Source of the DNA: Terriglobia bacterium
GTDB lineage: Bacteria > Acidobacteriota > Terriglobia > JAJPHL01 > JAPKYU01
NCBI GenBank assembly: GCA_965223005.1
Contig: CBDCVK010000010.1
Location: 1-64,000 of the forward strand
Direction: 5' to 3'
Length of the DNA stretch: 64,000 nt
Shown: positions 40,775 through 50,714 of the stretch, in pieces
Layout: every line of letters begins with the position of its first letter
How positions within the stretch are numbered: the first letter of the stretch is position 1
The notes under the pieces: model-generated
What the model saw: only the letters and a program-made list of their open reading frames with translations
What the model was told of the DNA's origin: nothing
Databases searched by the model: none
Position numbers and translations under genes: made by a program

Positions 40775-40999
40775 ATCATCTCCCGGATTCAGCTAATTGC
40801 ATCCCTTTGAAAAATAAGGGCGATCCCGAATGGCTCGGAACAAGCGAAGGTATACCATGAGGGGCTTCCTAGTTGCAACGGTTTTGGCGCTTGCGCCGTG
40901 GCCTTGTTGCCCGATGGGCAGGCCCCTTGCAACCCCTTGATATTTCTGTTATAAGTATACGATTGGCCGTGATCTGGAATCTTCGGCAAGGGAAGCTTC

Positions 41000-41698
41000 A
41001 TGCCGGGAGGCAGCAAAATGAAGAAGCAGGTCAGAAGGAAGCCTGCCCGAGTGGCCAGGGCTACTTCATTGAAGAAAAAGAGGCCTTTATCTAAGCCATT
41101 GAAAAAGAATAAGATATCTGTCCATGGCAGACGCCGTGGCAGTACCGCTCTGCCCGCGAAGGCACGTCGAGCCCGGCAACGGGAAGTCGTGCCGCTGCCG
41201 AACCCGGATCCCCGCGCTAGACTGGCCGTAGAGCAATACGAAGCGGCCGTCCGGCTACTGCAGAAACAGAAGTTCGAGAAGGCTAAGTTGTTGTTCGAGA
41301 AGGCGATGGCCGGACCTACGCAGGAACTGACCGACCGGGCGCGGGTGCACCTGAACATTTGCGAGCAGCGCCTGCGGCGGCGGACCGTGCCTATTCGCAC
41401 TCCCGAGGATCACTATAACGTCGCTGTGGCCCTCATCAACTCCGGGCGTCTGGAGGAAGCTGAGCAACATCTGAACCGGGCCCTGAAGCTAACTCCGCGC
41501 GCCGACCATGTCTATTACGCTCTGTCGGCGGTCCAGTCCTTGCGGGGAGATATCGAAGGCGCGCTGGAGAATCTTCGGACCGCCATTGACCTGGAGCCTC
41601 GCAACCGGTACTTGGCTCGCAATGACCGGGATTTCACGGCTTTGACCGAAGATCCTCGCTTCGCCGACCTGGCCTACCCGGAGAGCAACGTCATCTGA
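41000..41698 (+). CDS. TPR-repeat protein with basic N-terminal tail
   Basis: HYNVAVAL, YYALSAV, ARNDRDF TPR end. Start is 41000 or 41018. Confidence 0.8.
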   Translation: MPGGSKMKKQVRRKPARVARATSLKKKRPLSKPLKKNKISVHGRRRGSTALPAKARRARQREVVPLPNPDPRARLAVEQYEAAVRLLQKQKFEKAKLLFEKAMAGPTQELTDRARVHLNICEQRLRRRTVPIRTPEDHYNVAVALINSGRLEEAEQHLNRALKLTPRADHVYYALSAVQSLRGDIEGALENLRTAIDLEPRNRYLARNDRDFTALTEDPRFADLAYPESNVI

Positions 41699-41875
41699 AG
41701 GCCGACCAAGGGTCATTCCTGTGCCTGAGGGTCGCCCCTTTTCCCGAAGCTACGTTCGGAGAAAACAGCGATAATGCGGTTGGACCCAAGCCGGGTGAGG
41801 CAAAACCGGAAGGGAGCCGTACCCGCGCGCTCCAAGTCACCAACGCGTCGTGCTGATCGCTCCACTCGGGACACC

Positions 41876-43291
41876 ATGAGCACCCCTGACTTGGCTATCG
41901 CGATTCTGGCCGCAGGGCTGGGAACGCGACTCAAATCCGGCATCGCCAAGGTCTTGCACCGTGCCGGCGGGCGAGCCTTGGCCGAGCATGCGGTGCGTGT
42001 GGCGCTGGAGTTGGTCCCGGCCGAGCGGGTCTTTGTGATCGTGGGCCACCAGGCCGAAACGGTACGCCAGTTGCTGGGGCCCTACGGCGTGCGCTTTATT
42101 CACCAGCGCGAGCAACTGGGGACGGGCCACGCGCTGCTGGTCGGGCAGAAACAGTTGGAAAGAACAGCCCGGCACCTGCTGGTGTTGTACGGCGACGTTC
42201 CGCTACTGACCGCAGACACACTACGGCGCCTGATCGAAGCGCACCTGGATGCAAGCGCGGCAGCGACGCTGCTCACAGTGGAGCTGGATGATCCTGCCCA
42301 GTACGGTCGCATCCTCCGCGACGCCACCGGCCGTCTGGCCGACATCGTCGAGCACAAATCCTCGACGCCGGAACAAGCTGCCATCCGGGAAGTTAACGCC
42401 GGCATCTATTGTTTTCTCTCCGGCCCGTTATTTGCTCACCTTGGCAAGGTCAGCAATCAGAACAAGGCAGGCGAGTATTACCTGACGGACCTGCCCGCCA
42501 TGTTGCGCCGTGCCGGCGAGCATGTGCTGGCGGTTCAGTTGGGTGAGCCTCACGAAGTGCTGGGGGTCAACACCCGGGTCGAATTGGCCGAGCTGGACGC
42601 GCTGCTGCGTGAACGCAAGGCCCGCGAGCTGATGCTCAGCGGCGTCACCATTTACCGCCCGGAAACCTGCGTGATTGATCCGGACGTCGAGGTGGCCCCT
42701 GATTCGGTGATCGGCCCTTGCGTGGCGCTGCACGGGCGTACCCGGCTGGGGGCCAACTGCGTTGTGCGCTCCTACTCAAGCCTGGCGGATACAGTGCTGG
42801 AGGAGGGTGCCATGGTACACGAGTGTTGCTGGCTGGAGCACTCTCACGTTGGCCGGCGAGCTTCCATTGGCCCATTTGCCCGCCTCCGTCCCGGCAGCCA
42901 GATCGGCGCCGAAGCCAAGGTCGGCAACTTCGTCGAGACCAAGAAAACGCGCTTGGGGCGCCGCAGTAAAGCGCAGCATCTGGCTTACCTGGGCGATGCC
43001 ACTATCGGCGAAAACGTCAACATCGGCGCGGGCACCATCACCTGTAACTACGACGGGGAGAAGAAGCATCCCACCCGGATTGAAGACGGCGTGTTCATCG
43101 GCACCAATACTTCGCTGGTAGCCCCGGTGCGTGTGGGCAAGAATGCCTACGTGGCCGCCGGCTCGGTGGTTACCGAAGACGTCCCGGATGACTCCCTGGC
43201 CATTGCGCGCGCGCCTCAGACCACGAAGTCGGGCTGGACTCGCAAGCGCCAGGCTCGCCGTCGAGCCAAAGCCACCGCCAAAAAATCCTGA
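41876..43291 (+). CDS. glmU: Bifunctional UDP-GlcNAc pyrophosphorylase / acetyltransferase
   Basis: LAAGLGTR, QLGTGHA, GEYYLTD, GNFVE, GAGTITCNYDG. Confidence 0.97.
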   Translation: MSTPDLAIAILAAGLGTRLKSGIAKVLHRAGGRALAEHAVRVALELVPAERVFVIVGHQAETVRQLLGPYGVRFIHQREQLGTGHALLVGQKQLERTARHLLVLYGDVPLLTADTLRRLIEAHLDASAAATLLTVELDDPAQYGRILRDATGRLADIVEHKSSTPEQAAIREVNAGIYCFLSGPLFAHLGKVSNQNKAGEYYLTDLPAMLRRAGEHVLAVQLGEPHEVLGVNTRVELAELDALLRERKARELMLSGVTIYRPETCVIDPDVEVAPDSVIGPCVALHGRTRLGANCVVRSYSSLADTVLEEGAMVHECCWLEHSHVGRRASIGPFARLRPGSQIGAEAKVGNFVETKKTRLGRRSKAQHLAYLGDATIGENVNIGAGTITCNYDGEKKHPTRIEDGVFIGTNTSLVAPVRVGKNAYVAAGSVVTEDVPDDSLAIARAPQTTKSGWTRKRQARRRAKATAKKS

Positions 43292-43415
43292 AATCGCAGA
43301 GGCCGCGTCTCAAGAGCCACGTCGAGTGGGGGTACGTCAAAGGCGCTCATCCGCAGTCAGTCCAACAGGCAGCATGCCCTGGGTCCGACACACCTGGGGA
43401 TTTGGTGGATTTTAA

Positions 43416-44849
43416 TCAGGCATCAGACTGTTCGACGTATCCTGCGTTGGAGGATTCGCGCATCCGCCGCTCCAGCCATTGCCGCGATATCTTGGCGTCG
43501 ATTTTGTTACTAAGGCCGTGACACATCTCCATGAAACAAACCACTGCACGGGACTCAGTTAGCTCGTGGGCCGAAAACCCACCAAGAGCCTCCAGTCTCA
43601 GGGAAGTCACTTCGTTGAGCAGGTTTTGTAGACTTTCCACATTACCGGCCGCCGGACGGGCAGCGAGAGACATTTGACGTCGCTCAATTTCGATAAGCGA
43701 CTGCACGTAGCCGGTTAGCTTCTCCTCCTTTTTCTTTACCTTCTTTTGCCTCAGCCATCGGACACCAAGGAAGGCCGCAACGAGAAAAGAGGCAATAAAC
43801 GAGCGTATCCCTTCTGTTGCCTCAACAAAGTCAGGGTCCAGCAGCGGACGCGGCGCAGGATTGTAGACCCTCAGAGCGCCTTTGTGTATTGCAAAGCCAG
43901 GTCTTTCCTGGGCAAACGGACGGCCTTTGGCAATCAACTCTGTCAATCGATTCTTCTTCAGAAAGTTCTCGCTGAGGACAATCTTGGTCACCTCCTCCAC
44001 GAGCCCAGCATGAAGGTCGCCACGTGTCAGTAGTTGTGCGCCCAAAGCGACGGTAGCAATGTCAGTGGCTGGCGCTGCGGGAGACCGGTACCGGTAAAGT
44101 CCTGCCGGGATCTTGTATTGCGACATGAAGACGTATTTTGCTGCTAGAGCTTCCGCGTAGGGAATGCTGAGCATAAAACACAGTCCTGTCTCGAATAGTT
44201 CCGGGAAAATCGGCGCTTGCACTCCCGCTGTAACGAAGGCCGCATCGAGTGTACCATCTAGGAATCCTTCTTTGACTTTCGGAAGTTCTAGGTATTTTGC
44301 GTCAATCGACTTTTCGTCCAAGCCGAAATGCTGTAAGAGAACTAGACCCATGGCGTAGCTCCCTGACTTCTTCAACCCGAGATGTACGGTCTTACCTTCT
44401 AAGTCAGCAGGGCTCTCGATGCCGCTGTCGCGGAGAACGATGAAATGTACCGGCTGCAAGTACAGGTTGGCGACAAAGGCGACGCTTTTAGCTTCATCCT
44501 CTAGTGTTTGAGGCAACAAACCGACCTTTGTTGCAAAATCTGGATCGTGCTCGCTCACAATTTCCAGCGTTCCCGTCTGGTACAGGCCAAAATCGGCCTT
44601 TCCTGTTCGAAGAAGGAACAAGTTTTCGAGTGAGCCGTCTGTCGCAACGGTATGGACCTCTGCCTTGAGCTTTTTCTCAATCTTTCCGGCCAGATCCTCG
44701 CTTAGCGGACGAAAGAGACCGGCTGGTGCCCCAGTAGCCATGGTAATTTCAGTTGGTACAGCTGTTATTTTCTGGTAGACCCAACCAGTCAACAACGGAA
44801 GAAGAATTAGGACTATAACTACCGCTATCTTGGCCCGTTTTTTCCTCAT
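43416..44849 (-). CDS. TAXI-family TRAP solute receptor with C-terminal TM/helical extension
   Basis: TDGSLENL, SPADLEGK, LDAAF, HKGA..Y. Visibly more AT-rich than its flanks. Confidence 0.82.
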   Translation of the reverse strand: MRKKRAKIAVVIVLILLPLLTGWVYQKITAVPTEITMATGAPAGLFRPLSEDLAGKIEKKLKAEVHTVATDGSLENLFLLRTGKADFGLYQTGTLEIVSEHDPDFATKVGLLPQTLEDEAKSVAFVANLYLQPVHFIVLRDSGIESPADLEGKTVHLGLKKSGSYAMGLVLLQHFGLDEKSIDAKYLELPKVKEGFLDGTLDAAFVTAGVQAPIFPELFETGLCFMLSIPYAEALAAKYVFMSQYKIPAGLYRYRSPAAPATDIATVALGAQLLTRGDLHAGLVEEVTKIVLSENFLKKNRLTELIAKGRPFAQERPGFAIHKGALRVYNPAPRPLLDPDFVEATEGIRSFIASFLVAAFLGVRWLRQKKVKKKEEKLTGYVQSLIEIERRQMSLAARPAAGNVESLQNLLNEVTSLRLEALGGFSAHELTESRAVVCFMEMCHGLSNKIDAKISRQWLERRMRESSNAGYVEQSDA

Positions 44850-45000
44850 AGCGTATTTCCAGCCCTTCTTTAGAATTTCCGATATCAACACTTACCGTTA
44901 CGCGAAATCATACTACGAGTACAATGTGAAAGGCAGGGAGGACGGTCGCTAAGCCCGGTGGGGAAACCCGGTCGGTAAACCCGGTTGGAAAGCAAGGAAA

Positions 45001-45501
45001 ATGACAGTTGAATTCGTGAAGGGCGACATCACCGAAGCGGACGGGGACGCGGTAGTGAACGCGGCCAATACGCGACTGCAACTGGGAGCGGGGGTGGCCG
45101 GGGCCATCCGCCGGAAGGGTGGCCCGACGATCCAGCAGGAGTGTGACCAAGTTGGCCCCGTCGAGCTCGGCGAGGCAGCCATTACAGGCGGCGGACACCT
45201 CAAGGCCCGCTACGTGATTCACGCCGCCGGGATGCACCTCGGGGGCGGCGTCACCGCCGACTCCTGCCGGGCAGCCACCGTGAACTCGCTGCGCCGCGCC
45301 GAGGAGAAACAGTTGCGCAGCATCGCTTTCCCGGCCATCGGCACCGGCGTCGGCGGCCTGGACATGGGGAGCTGCGCCGAGATCATGCTGCGCGCAGTGC
45401 GCGAGCACACGCCCGGCTCGCTCCAGCGCGTGCTGTTTGTTCTGTTCGACGACGCGGCACTAGCCGCTTTCCAGAAAACGTGGAAGCAACTGAGCGATTA
45501 G
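45001..45501 (+). CDS. Macro-domain protein
   Basis: GDIT, VNAAN, GAGVAGAI, YVIHA, AFPAIGTGVGG. Confidence 0.93.
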   Translation: MTVEFVKGDITEADGDAVVNAANTRLQLGAGVAGAIRRKGGPTIQQECDQVGPVELGEAAITGGGHLKARYVIHAAGMHLGGGVTADSCRAATVNSLRRAEEKQLRSIAFPAIGTGVGGLDMGSCAEIMLRAVREHTPGSLQRVLFVLFDDAALAAFQKTWKQLSD

Positions 45502-45767
45502 CCCGAGTCCAGACCGAGCTGGCCAAGTACGAGCACCCCTTGTTCGAGTTGGGCGCCCGGCTCAAGGGAGAGGCCGTCGAGCTTTCCATTGACTTCAAGC
45601 ACCGCTCACTCGGCGTCCACACCTACCAGTTTGAGTTCCACCCGCGCGACATCGAACACCCGCAATTCACCTGGACCTTCCAGCGCCAGCTCTACGACTG
45701 CCTGCACGATTACATCATCGAAATGTTCACCCGGAACCCGCAGTACCAAGGGGAAGGCGGCCAGTAA
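45480..45767 (+). CDS. Uncharacterised small protein overlapping the macro gene
   Basis: Strong GC3 codon bias and protein-like sequence (HPRDIEHPQFTWTFQRQLYDCLHDY). Confidence 0.75.
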   Translation: MEATERLARVQTELAKYEHPLFELGARLKGEAVELSIDFKHRSLGVHTYQFEFHPRDIEHPQFTWTFQRQLYDCLHDYIIEMFTRNPQYQGEGGQ

Positions 45768-45863
45768 GTTCTCCCTGCAGGCTGCCGGGTAGCCCGGTAA
45801 TCCCCGTCCTGCCGGGACTGTGGTACACTCCGGCCAACTAGTTCGCTATCGGAGAGGTTGGCA

Positions 45864-45959
45864 ATGAGCTTTCTCCGCATGATTTTGTTCGCAGCGTATC
45901 TGGTTGGGGTGGCGGCGATGGTGTTCGGGGTGCTATCTGCTTTGAGCTCATCGGCCTGA
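45864..45959 (+). CDS. 31-aa single-TM peptide, not in the ORF track
   Basis: MSFLRMILFAAYLVGVAAMVFGVLSALSSSA, with RBS GGAGAGG and extended -10 TGgTACACT at 45821-45829. Confidence 0.6.
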   Translation: MSFLRMILFAAYLVGVAAMVFGVLSALSSSA

Positions 45960-46100
45960 TGGGCCTCCAGGCCAGGGGGGCGCTGCTTGTAGCCGCCGCC
46001 GGAACTTGCTGACTGCGGTGCCCAAGGGCAGCCTAGCGACACTCCACCTGTTGGCGGACTCTTTCCACCACCATGTCTTCGTGTTTTCATTGAGCTACAC

Positions 46101-47117
46101 GTGAGCTTGCAAGCTGAGGTTGTGGCCGAGGTCCGCGCCGACGGTCCCATCACCTTTGCGCGCTACATGGAGTTGTGCCTCTATCATCCCCGCTATGGCT
46201 ACTACCGCGGCTCCTGCAACTCCGGGCACGAGAAGTTCGGCGCAGCGGGCGATTTTTATACCAGCGCGCAGGTACATCCTGGCTTTGCGCGCTTGCTGGT
46301 GCGGCGTTGGGTGGCGATGTGGGAATCCTTGGGGCGCGGCGAGTTCACCCTTCTCGAGCCGGGCGCCGGCCGGGGTGAGGTCGCGCGTGAGGCGCAGGCC
46401 TGGGCTGCCCGTGCCTACCCCGAGTTTTCCCGCGCCCTGCGGTATCTGCCCCTGGAGTACGGCGATCCCCTCCCCCCGCCTTTCTCGGGCGCCATCTTTT
46501 CTAACGAGTTCTTCGACTCCCAGCCCACGCACGCGCTCCGCTTCTGCGCAGGTCGCTTGCGGGAGCTGTACGTGGCCGAGCGCGACGGCTGTCTTTGTTG
46601 GCAGGAAGGGGAGCTTTCTTCGCCGGAGTTCGAGTCCCGGCTGACCCGGTTGGGAATCGAGCCCGCGGAAGGGCAGGTGCTGGAGCTAAGCCTGGCAGCC
46701 GCCGACTGGATGCAGCGCTTCAGTACGCTGCTCGAACGCGGGTACGTTTTGAGCTTCGACTACGGCTATCGCGCCCGCGAGATCAGCCGCGGGATGCGTT
46801 TCCCCAATGGCTCGCTGATGACCTACCGCAAGCACATCGCCACCGAAGAAGTGTTTCGCCAGCCCGGCGAGCGCGACATCACCGCTCACGTGAACTTCGA
46901 CCTGTTGCGGGGGGCGGGCCACGATGCCGGTTTGCATGAGACACGCTTCTGCACCCAGGGGAGCTATCTGATGGAGTTGGGCGAGGCAGGCCAGTTCGCA
47001 GAAGTTTTCGCCGACTGCGCCACCGACGCCGACCGCCTGAAGCCGACTCTGTTGCTGAAGAACCTTCTGTTCGGCCTGGGCGAGACTATCCAGGTCTTAG
47101 AGCAGGCTAGGTTCTAG
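46101..47117 (+). CDS. MidA/NDUFAF7-family SAM methyltransferase
   Basis: YMELCLYHPRYGYY, GDFYT, EPGAGRG, NEFFD, DYG, DITAHVNF. Confidence 0.9.
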   Translation: MSLQAEVVAEVRADGPITFARYMELCLYHPRYGYYRGSCNSGHEKFGAAGDFYTSAQVHPGFARLLVRRWVAMWESLGRGEFTLLEPGAGRGEVAREAQAWAARAYPEFSRALRYLPLEYGDPLPPPFSGAIFSNEFFDSQPTHALRFCAGRLRELYVAERDGCLCWQEGELSSPEFESRLTRLGIEPAEGQVLELSLAAADWMQRFSTLLERGYVLSFDYGYRAREISRGMRFPNGSLMTYRKHIATEEVFRQPGERDITAHVNFDLLRGAGHDAGLHETRFCTQGSYLMELGEAGQFAEVFADCATDADRLKPTLLLKNLLFGLGETIQVLEQARF

Positions 47118-47229
47118 AGCAGGCCAGGTTTTGGAGCAGGGGCGGACCGCTTGCTGCCGCGGGCGGCTCGGATTGAGGAAGCCTCACCCACGGGCGTGAG
47201 GGGGTGGTCGTTCCAGTCGGGTGGTCGAG

Positions 47230-48258
47230 TTATAAGATGCGGGCCAGCTGTTCCATCTCCGGCTCGCCGGGTTCCAGCGGCAGTTGAATGGGACGGCGCT
47301 CGATGGCAGAGCGGCAAATCGCCATGAGGATCTCCAACCCCTTATAGGCGCTCTCGCCGTTGCACGGATGCACCTGCTTGGGATCGTCCAGCCACAGGGC
47401 AATGTCGCGGATGTAGCGGGGTTGATCATTCGGGGCACTCCAGCCACCCGGGCCGGAAATGGGCCCGCCCGAATCGCGGGTGACCGCCCGCCATCCCCCG
47501 CCGATTAAGGCTTCCGCAAAGCCCTCCGTGCCCTGAGCGCCAATTCGCACCTTGTGCCAGAAGTATTCCACCTCCGGGACATCCTGGGCCAGGCTGCCGA
47601 TCTCCACAATGCCGCGCACCCCGTTGTTGAACTGAATCAGACCAGTCGCGAAATCGGGAGAGGGGTGCGAGTCGGTCAGCTTCTCCCGTCCGTGCACCTG
47701 GCCCAGCACCCAGACGGCGTCGGCCTCGTTGTTGAAGTAGCGGACATAGTCCACGACGTGGGTGCCCATCTGGAGCAGCCAGCCCAGGGTTGTTCCGTAC
47801 ACGGTGTGGATGCGGCCGAGCGCCCCGCTGGAGATTATTTCCTTGGCTTTCTGGAAGTGGGGACCGTACTTGAGCTGGTGGCTCAGCACGGTCTTCACAC
47901 CGGCCTTGCGACACAGCTCAGCCATCTCGACGGCCTCCCGGAAGGAGGTGGCCATCGGCTTCTCGTAGGCGATCAACTTGCAGCCTGCTTCCACTCCCGC
48001 ACGCATCATGGGCAGACGCACCGACGGCGGCGTGCAGAAGCAGAAAACATCCGGCTTCGTTTCCCGGAGCATCTGCGCCAGATCCGAGTAAAACTTCGGG
48101 TTGTCGGCAAGCTGGAGGGCCGCCTGCGCTCGCTCGCGATCGCGGCCGCAGATGCCTACCACCTGGAACCGGTCATCCTTGTGAAAGTAGTCGGCGTGGA
48201 CCTTGCCACGCTTGCCAGTGCCGAGGATCGCTACAGAATAGGTTTTCTTGGAGGCCAT
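47230..48258 (-). CDS. Gfo/Idh/MocA oxidoreductase
   Basis: Rossmann GTGKRG, EKPMA, GALG, MGTHVVD. Confidence 0.9.
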   Translation of the reverse strand: MASKKTYSVAILGTGKRGKVHADYFHKDDRFQVVGICGRDRERAQAALQLADNPKFYSDLAQMLRETKPDVFCFCTPPSVRLPMMRAGVEAGCKLIAYEKPMATSFREAVEMAELCRKAGVKTVLSHQLKYGPHFQKAKEIISSGALGRIHTVYGTTLGWLLQMGTHVVDYVRYFNNEADAVWVLGQVHGREKLTDSHPSPDFATGLIQFNNGVRGIVEIGSLAQDVPEVEYFWHKVRIGAQGTEGFAEALIGGGWRAVTRDSGGPISGPGGWSAPNDQPRYIRDIALWLDDPKQVHPCNGESAYKGLEILMAICRSAIERRPIQLPLEPGEPEMEQLARIL

Positions 48259-48268
48259 GAATGGGTCT

Positions 48269-49405
48269 TCAGTCGGCGCTCTGGGCCGCCGCCTTGGTGC
48301 TCGCCCAGCTCAGAACTGCCTCCGCCGTATATTGCGCCTCTCCTTCGGTGAGTTCCGGATACATGGGCAGCGAAAGCACCTGCGCCGCGGAGCGCTCCGT
48401 TTCCGGCATGGCATGGACCCGCGCTTCCCGGTCAAAGGGGAAGCCCTCCTGCTGGTGAATGGCGATGGGGTAGTGGGTCTGGGCAGTGATGCCGCGCGAG
48501 GCCAGGTAGCTCTGCAGCCCATCGCGGTCTTCACACTCGATGACGTACAGATGGTAGACGTGCCGGTAACCCTCGGGGACATGGGGCAACGTCATTGGGG
48601 CCCCGGCCAGCAACTTGTCGTACTGGCGGGCACGAGCCTGCCGCAGCCCGGTCCATTCGTCCAGGTGTTTCAGCTTGACGCGCAGCACCGCGGCATGCAG
48701 GTCATCCAGCCGGCTGTTGTACCCGAGGCTGTGATGGGAGCGCTTGAGCGAGCCGTGATTGCGCAGCTTGCGCACCTGCGTGGCTAGTTGCTCGTTGTTG
48801 GTGACTAAGGCGCCGCCGTCGCCGAAGCAGCCCATGTTTTTCTGGATGATGAAGCTGAGGCAAACGGCGTTGCTGAACTCCCCGATGGCGAAGTTATCGC
48901 CGCGGGCTCCGATGGACTGCGCGTTATCCTCCACCACCAGCAGGTTGCGGGCTCGCGCGATCTTGGCGATGGCCGGCATGTTGGCCGGCAGCCCGTACAA
49001 GTGCACGGGCACGATGGCGCGGGTGCGGGGTGTGATGGCCGCTTCGATCTGGGTGACGTCAATATTGCGCGTCTGTGGATCCATGTCCACAAAGACCGGG
49101 GTCGCCCCGGCCAGCCAGATGGCCTCGGCAGTGGCGAAGAAGGTGTTGGAAACTGTGATGATCTCGTCGCCCGGCTTGAGCCCCATCGCCAGAAACACCA
49201 GCCACAACGCGTCGGTGCCGGAGTTGACCCCGACGGCGTGTTTCTTGTTGTGGTACTGGGCCAGCTCTTCTTCAAACTTCTTGAGCTGCGGTCCCATCAC
49301 GTAGCTGCCGCTCTCCAGCACGTCGTGGATGGCTTGGTCGATTTCGGTGCGCAGGTTGTGGTATTGACGAACGTGTCCGTAGAAACCCACTTTCATTTCC
49401 GCCAT
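48269..49405 (-). CDS. DegT/DnrJ/EryC1/StrS aminotransferase
   Basis: NSGTDAL, VHLYG, EDNAQ, QKNMGCFGDGG, NSRLD. Confidence 0.93.
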   Translation of the reverse strand: MAEMKVGFYGHVRQYHNLRTEIDQAIHDVLESGSYVMGPQLKKFEEELAQYHNKKHAVGVNSGTDALWLVFLAMGLKPGDEIITVSNTFFATAEAIWLAGATPVFVDMDPQTRNIDVTQIEAAITPRTRAIVPVHLYGLPANMPAIAKIARARNLLVVEDNAQSIGARGDNFAIGEFSNAVCLSFIIQKNMGCFGDGGALVTNNEQLATQVRKLRNHGSLKRSHHSLGYNSRLDDLHAAVLRVKLKHLDEWTGLRQARARQYDKLLAGAPMTLPHVPEGYRHVYHLYVIECEDRDGLQSYLASRGITAQTHYPIAIHQQEGFPFDREARVHAMPETERSAAQVLSLPMYPELTEGEAQYTAEAVLSWASTKAAAQSAD

Positions 49406-49529
49406 GGTATGCCGCCTGTTGCGTGAGATTGTCTGCTTTCCCTGCCAACTGTAGCAAGCAAAGCGGGTTTTCCGTCATGCGAGTTTCTTTGCTTCTGGAT
49501 AGGTAGCGGTTATAGCTCTTGCCCGCATG

Positions 49530-50546
49530 CTACTGCGCTGTGGCGCGGGCGGCCCCGGCCTGCAACGCAGTAATGGCCGCGACATTAACCACGTCGTCGG
49601 CCGAGCAGCCACGGGAGAGGTCGTTGGCCGGCTTGGCCAGCCCTTGTAAGACCGGTCCAATGGCCGCCGCCCCGGCCAGCCGCTCGACCAGCTTGTAGCC
49701 GATGTTGCCCGCATCGAGGTCCGGGAAAACCAGCGTGTTGGCGTAGCCGGCCACCGGGCTGCCCGGCGCTTTGCTGGCGCCGACCTTGGGAACCAGTGCC
49801 GCGTCGGACTGCAGCTCCCCGTCGGCCAGCAGTTGGGGCGCCCGCGCCCGCAACGTCTTCAGCGCTTCCTGGACCTTTTCGGCGCGCGGGTGCTCGGCGC
49901 TCCCCTTGGTGGAAAACGACAGCAGAGCCACCTTGGGTTCGGTCTCCAGGAAGATGCGGCAACTGTCGGCCGAAGCCAAGGCGATTTCGGCCAGTTGCTT
50001 CGGTGTGGGGTCGGGAATGACGGCGCAGTCGGCGAAGATGAGTGCACCAGACACGCCGAACTCGGGCTGCGGCAACACCATCAGGAAGAAGCTGGACACC
50101 AACGACAGGCCGGGCCGCGGCCCCAAGCAATGTAGTGCCGAGCGCACGGTTTCGGCGGTGGTGTTGGTAGCGCCAGCCACGCTGCCGTCGGCGTCGCCGC
50201 TGCCCACCATCAAGTCGGCGAAATACAGTGGTTGCGTCGCCACTTGGCGCGCTTCCTCCTGCGTGACACCCTTGGCCCGCCGTCGCTCGTAATACAGCGC
50301 CGCGTAGCGCTCCAACCTCGGGTCCTGTTGAGGATCAACCAGGGCCACTGCCGAGAGGTCTACTCCCAAGGCGGCGGCACGCGCTCGCATGGATTCGGTT
50401 TCCCCCAGGACGGTCACCTGCGCGATGCGCTGGCGCGCCAGGCTCTCGGCGGCGCGCAGGATGCGGTCATCGCCGCCCTCAGGCAGCACAATCCGCTGGA
50501 AATGGGTCCGAGCCCGATCCCGAATGCTTTGCAAAAGATCAGCCAT
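49530..50546 (-). CDS. pta: Phosphate acetyltransferase
   Basis: IVLPEG, ADCAV, LSFST.GS, DGELQ.DAA, GNIGYK, NDLSRG. Confidence 0.95.
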   Translation of the reverse strand: MADLLQSIRDRARTHFQRIVLPEGGDDRILRAAESLARQRIAQVTVLGETESMRARAAALGVDLSAVALVDPQQDPRLERYAALYYERRRAKGVTQEEARQVATQPLYFADLMVGSGDADGSVAGATNTTAETVRSALHCLGPRPGLSLVSSFFLMVLPQPEFGVSGALIFADCAVIPDPTPKQLAEIALASADSCRIFLETEPKVALLSFSTKGSAEHPRAEKVQEALKTLRARAPQLLADGELQSDAALVPKVGASKAPGSPVAGYANTLVFPDLDAGNIGYKLVERLAGAAAIGPVLQGLAKPANDLSRGCSADDVVNVAAITALQAGAARATAQ

Positions 50547-50714
50547 GACAATTCCCCTCCGACCGGCGCATTCTAGTGCATTGGGGGCCATACGGGAAAC
50601 GCACAATTGGGGGCTGCCACCCTGGCAGGTCGAGAATTTCAGGCGGGCGGGGCTCCAGCATCCGTCCGAAGGTGGTGACAGGATCGGCAGCCTAGCTGTT
50701 CACAGCTTTGGGCC

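Noticed and set aside
46101-47117. Functional link between the MidA methyltransferase and orphan nuoA
   Set aside because: They lie 20 kb apart with unrelated genes between; no sequence support.
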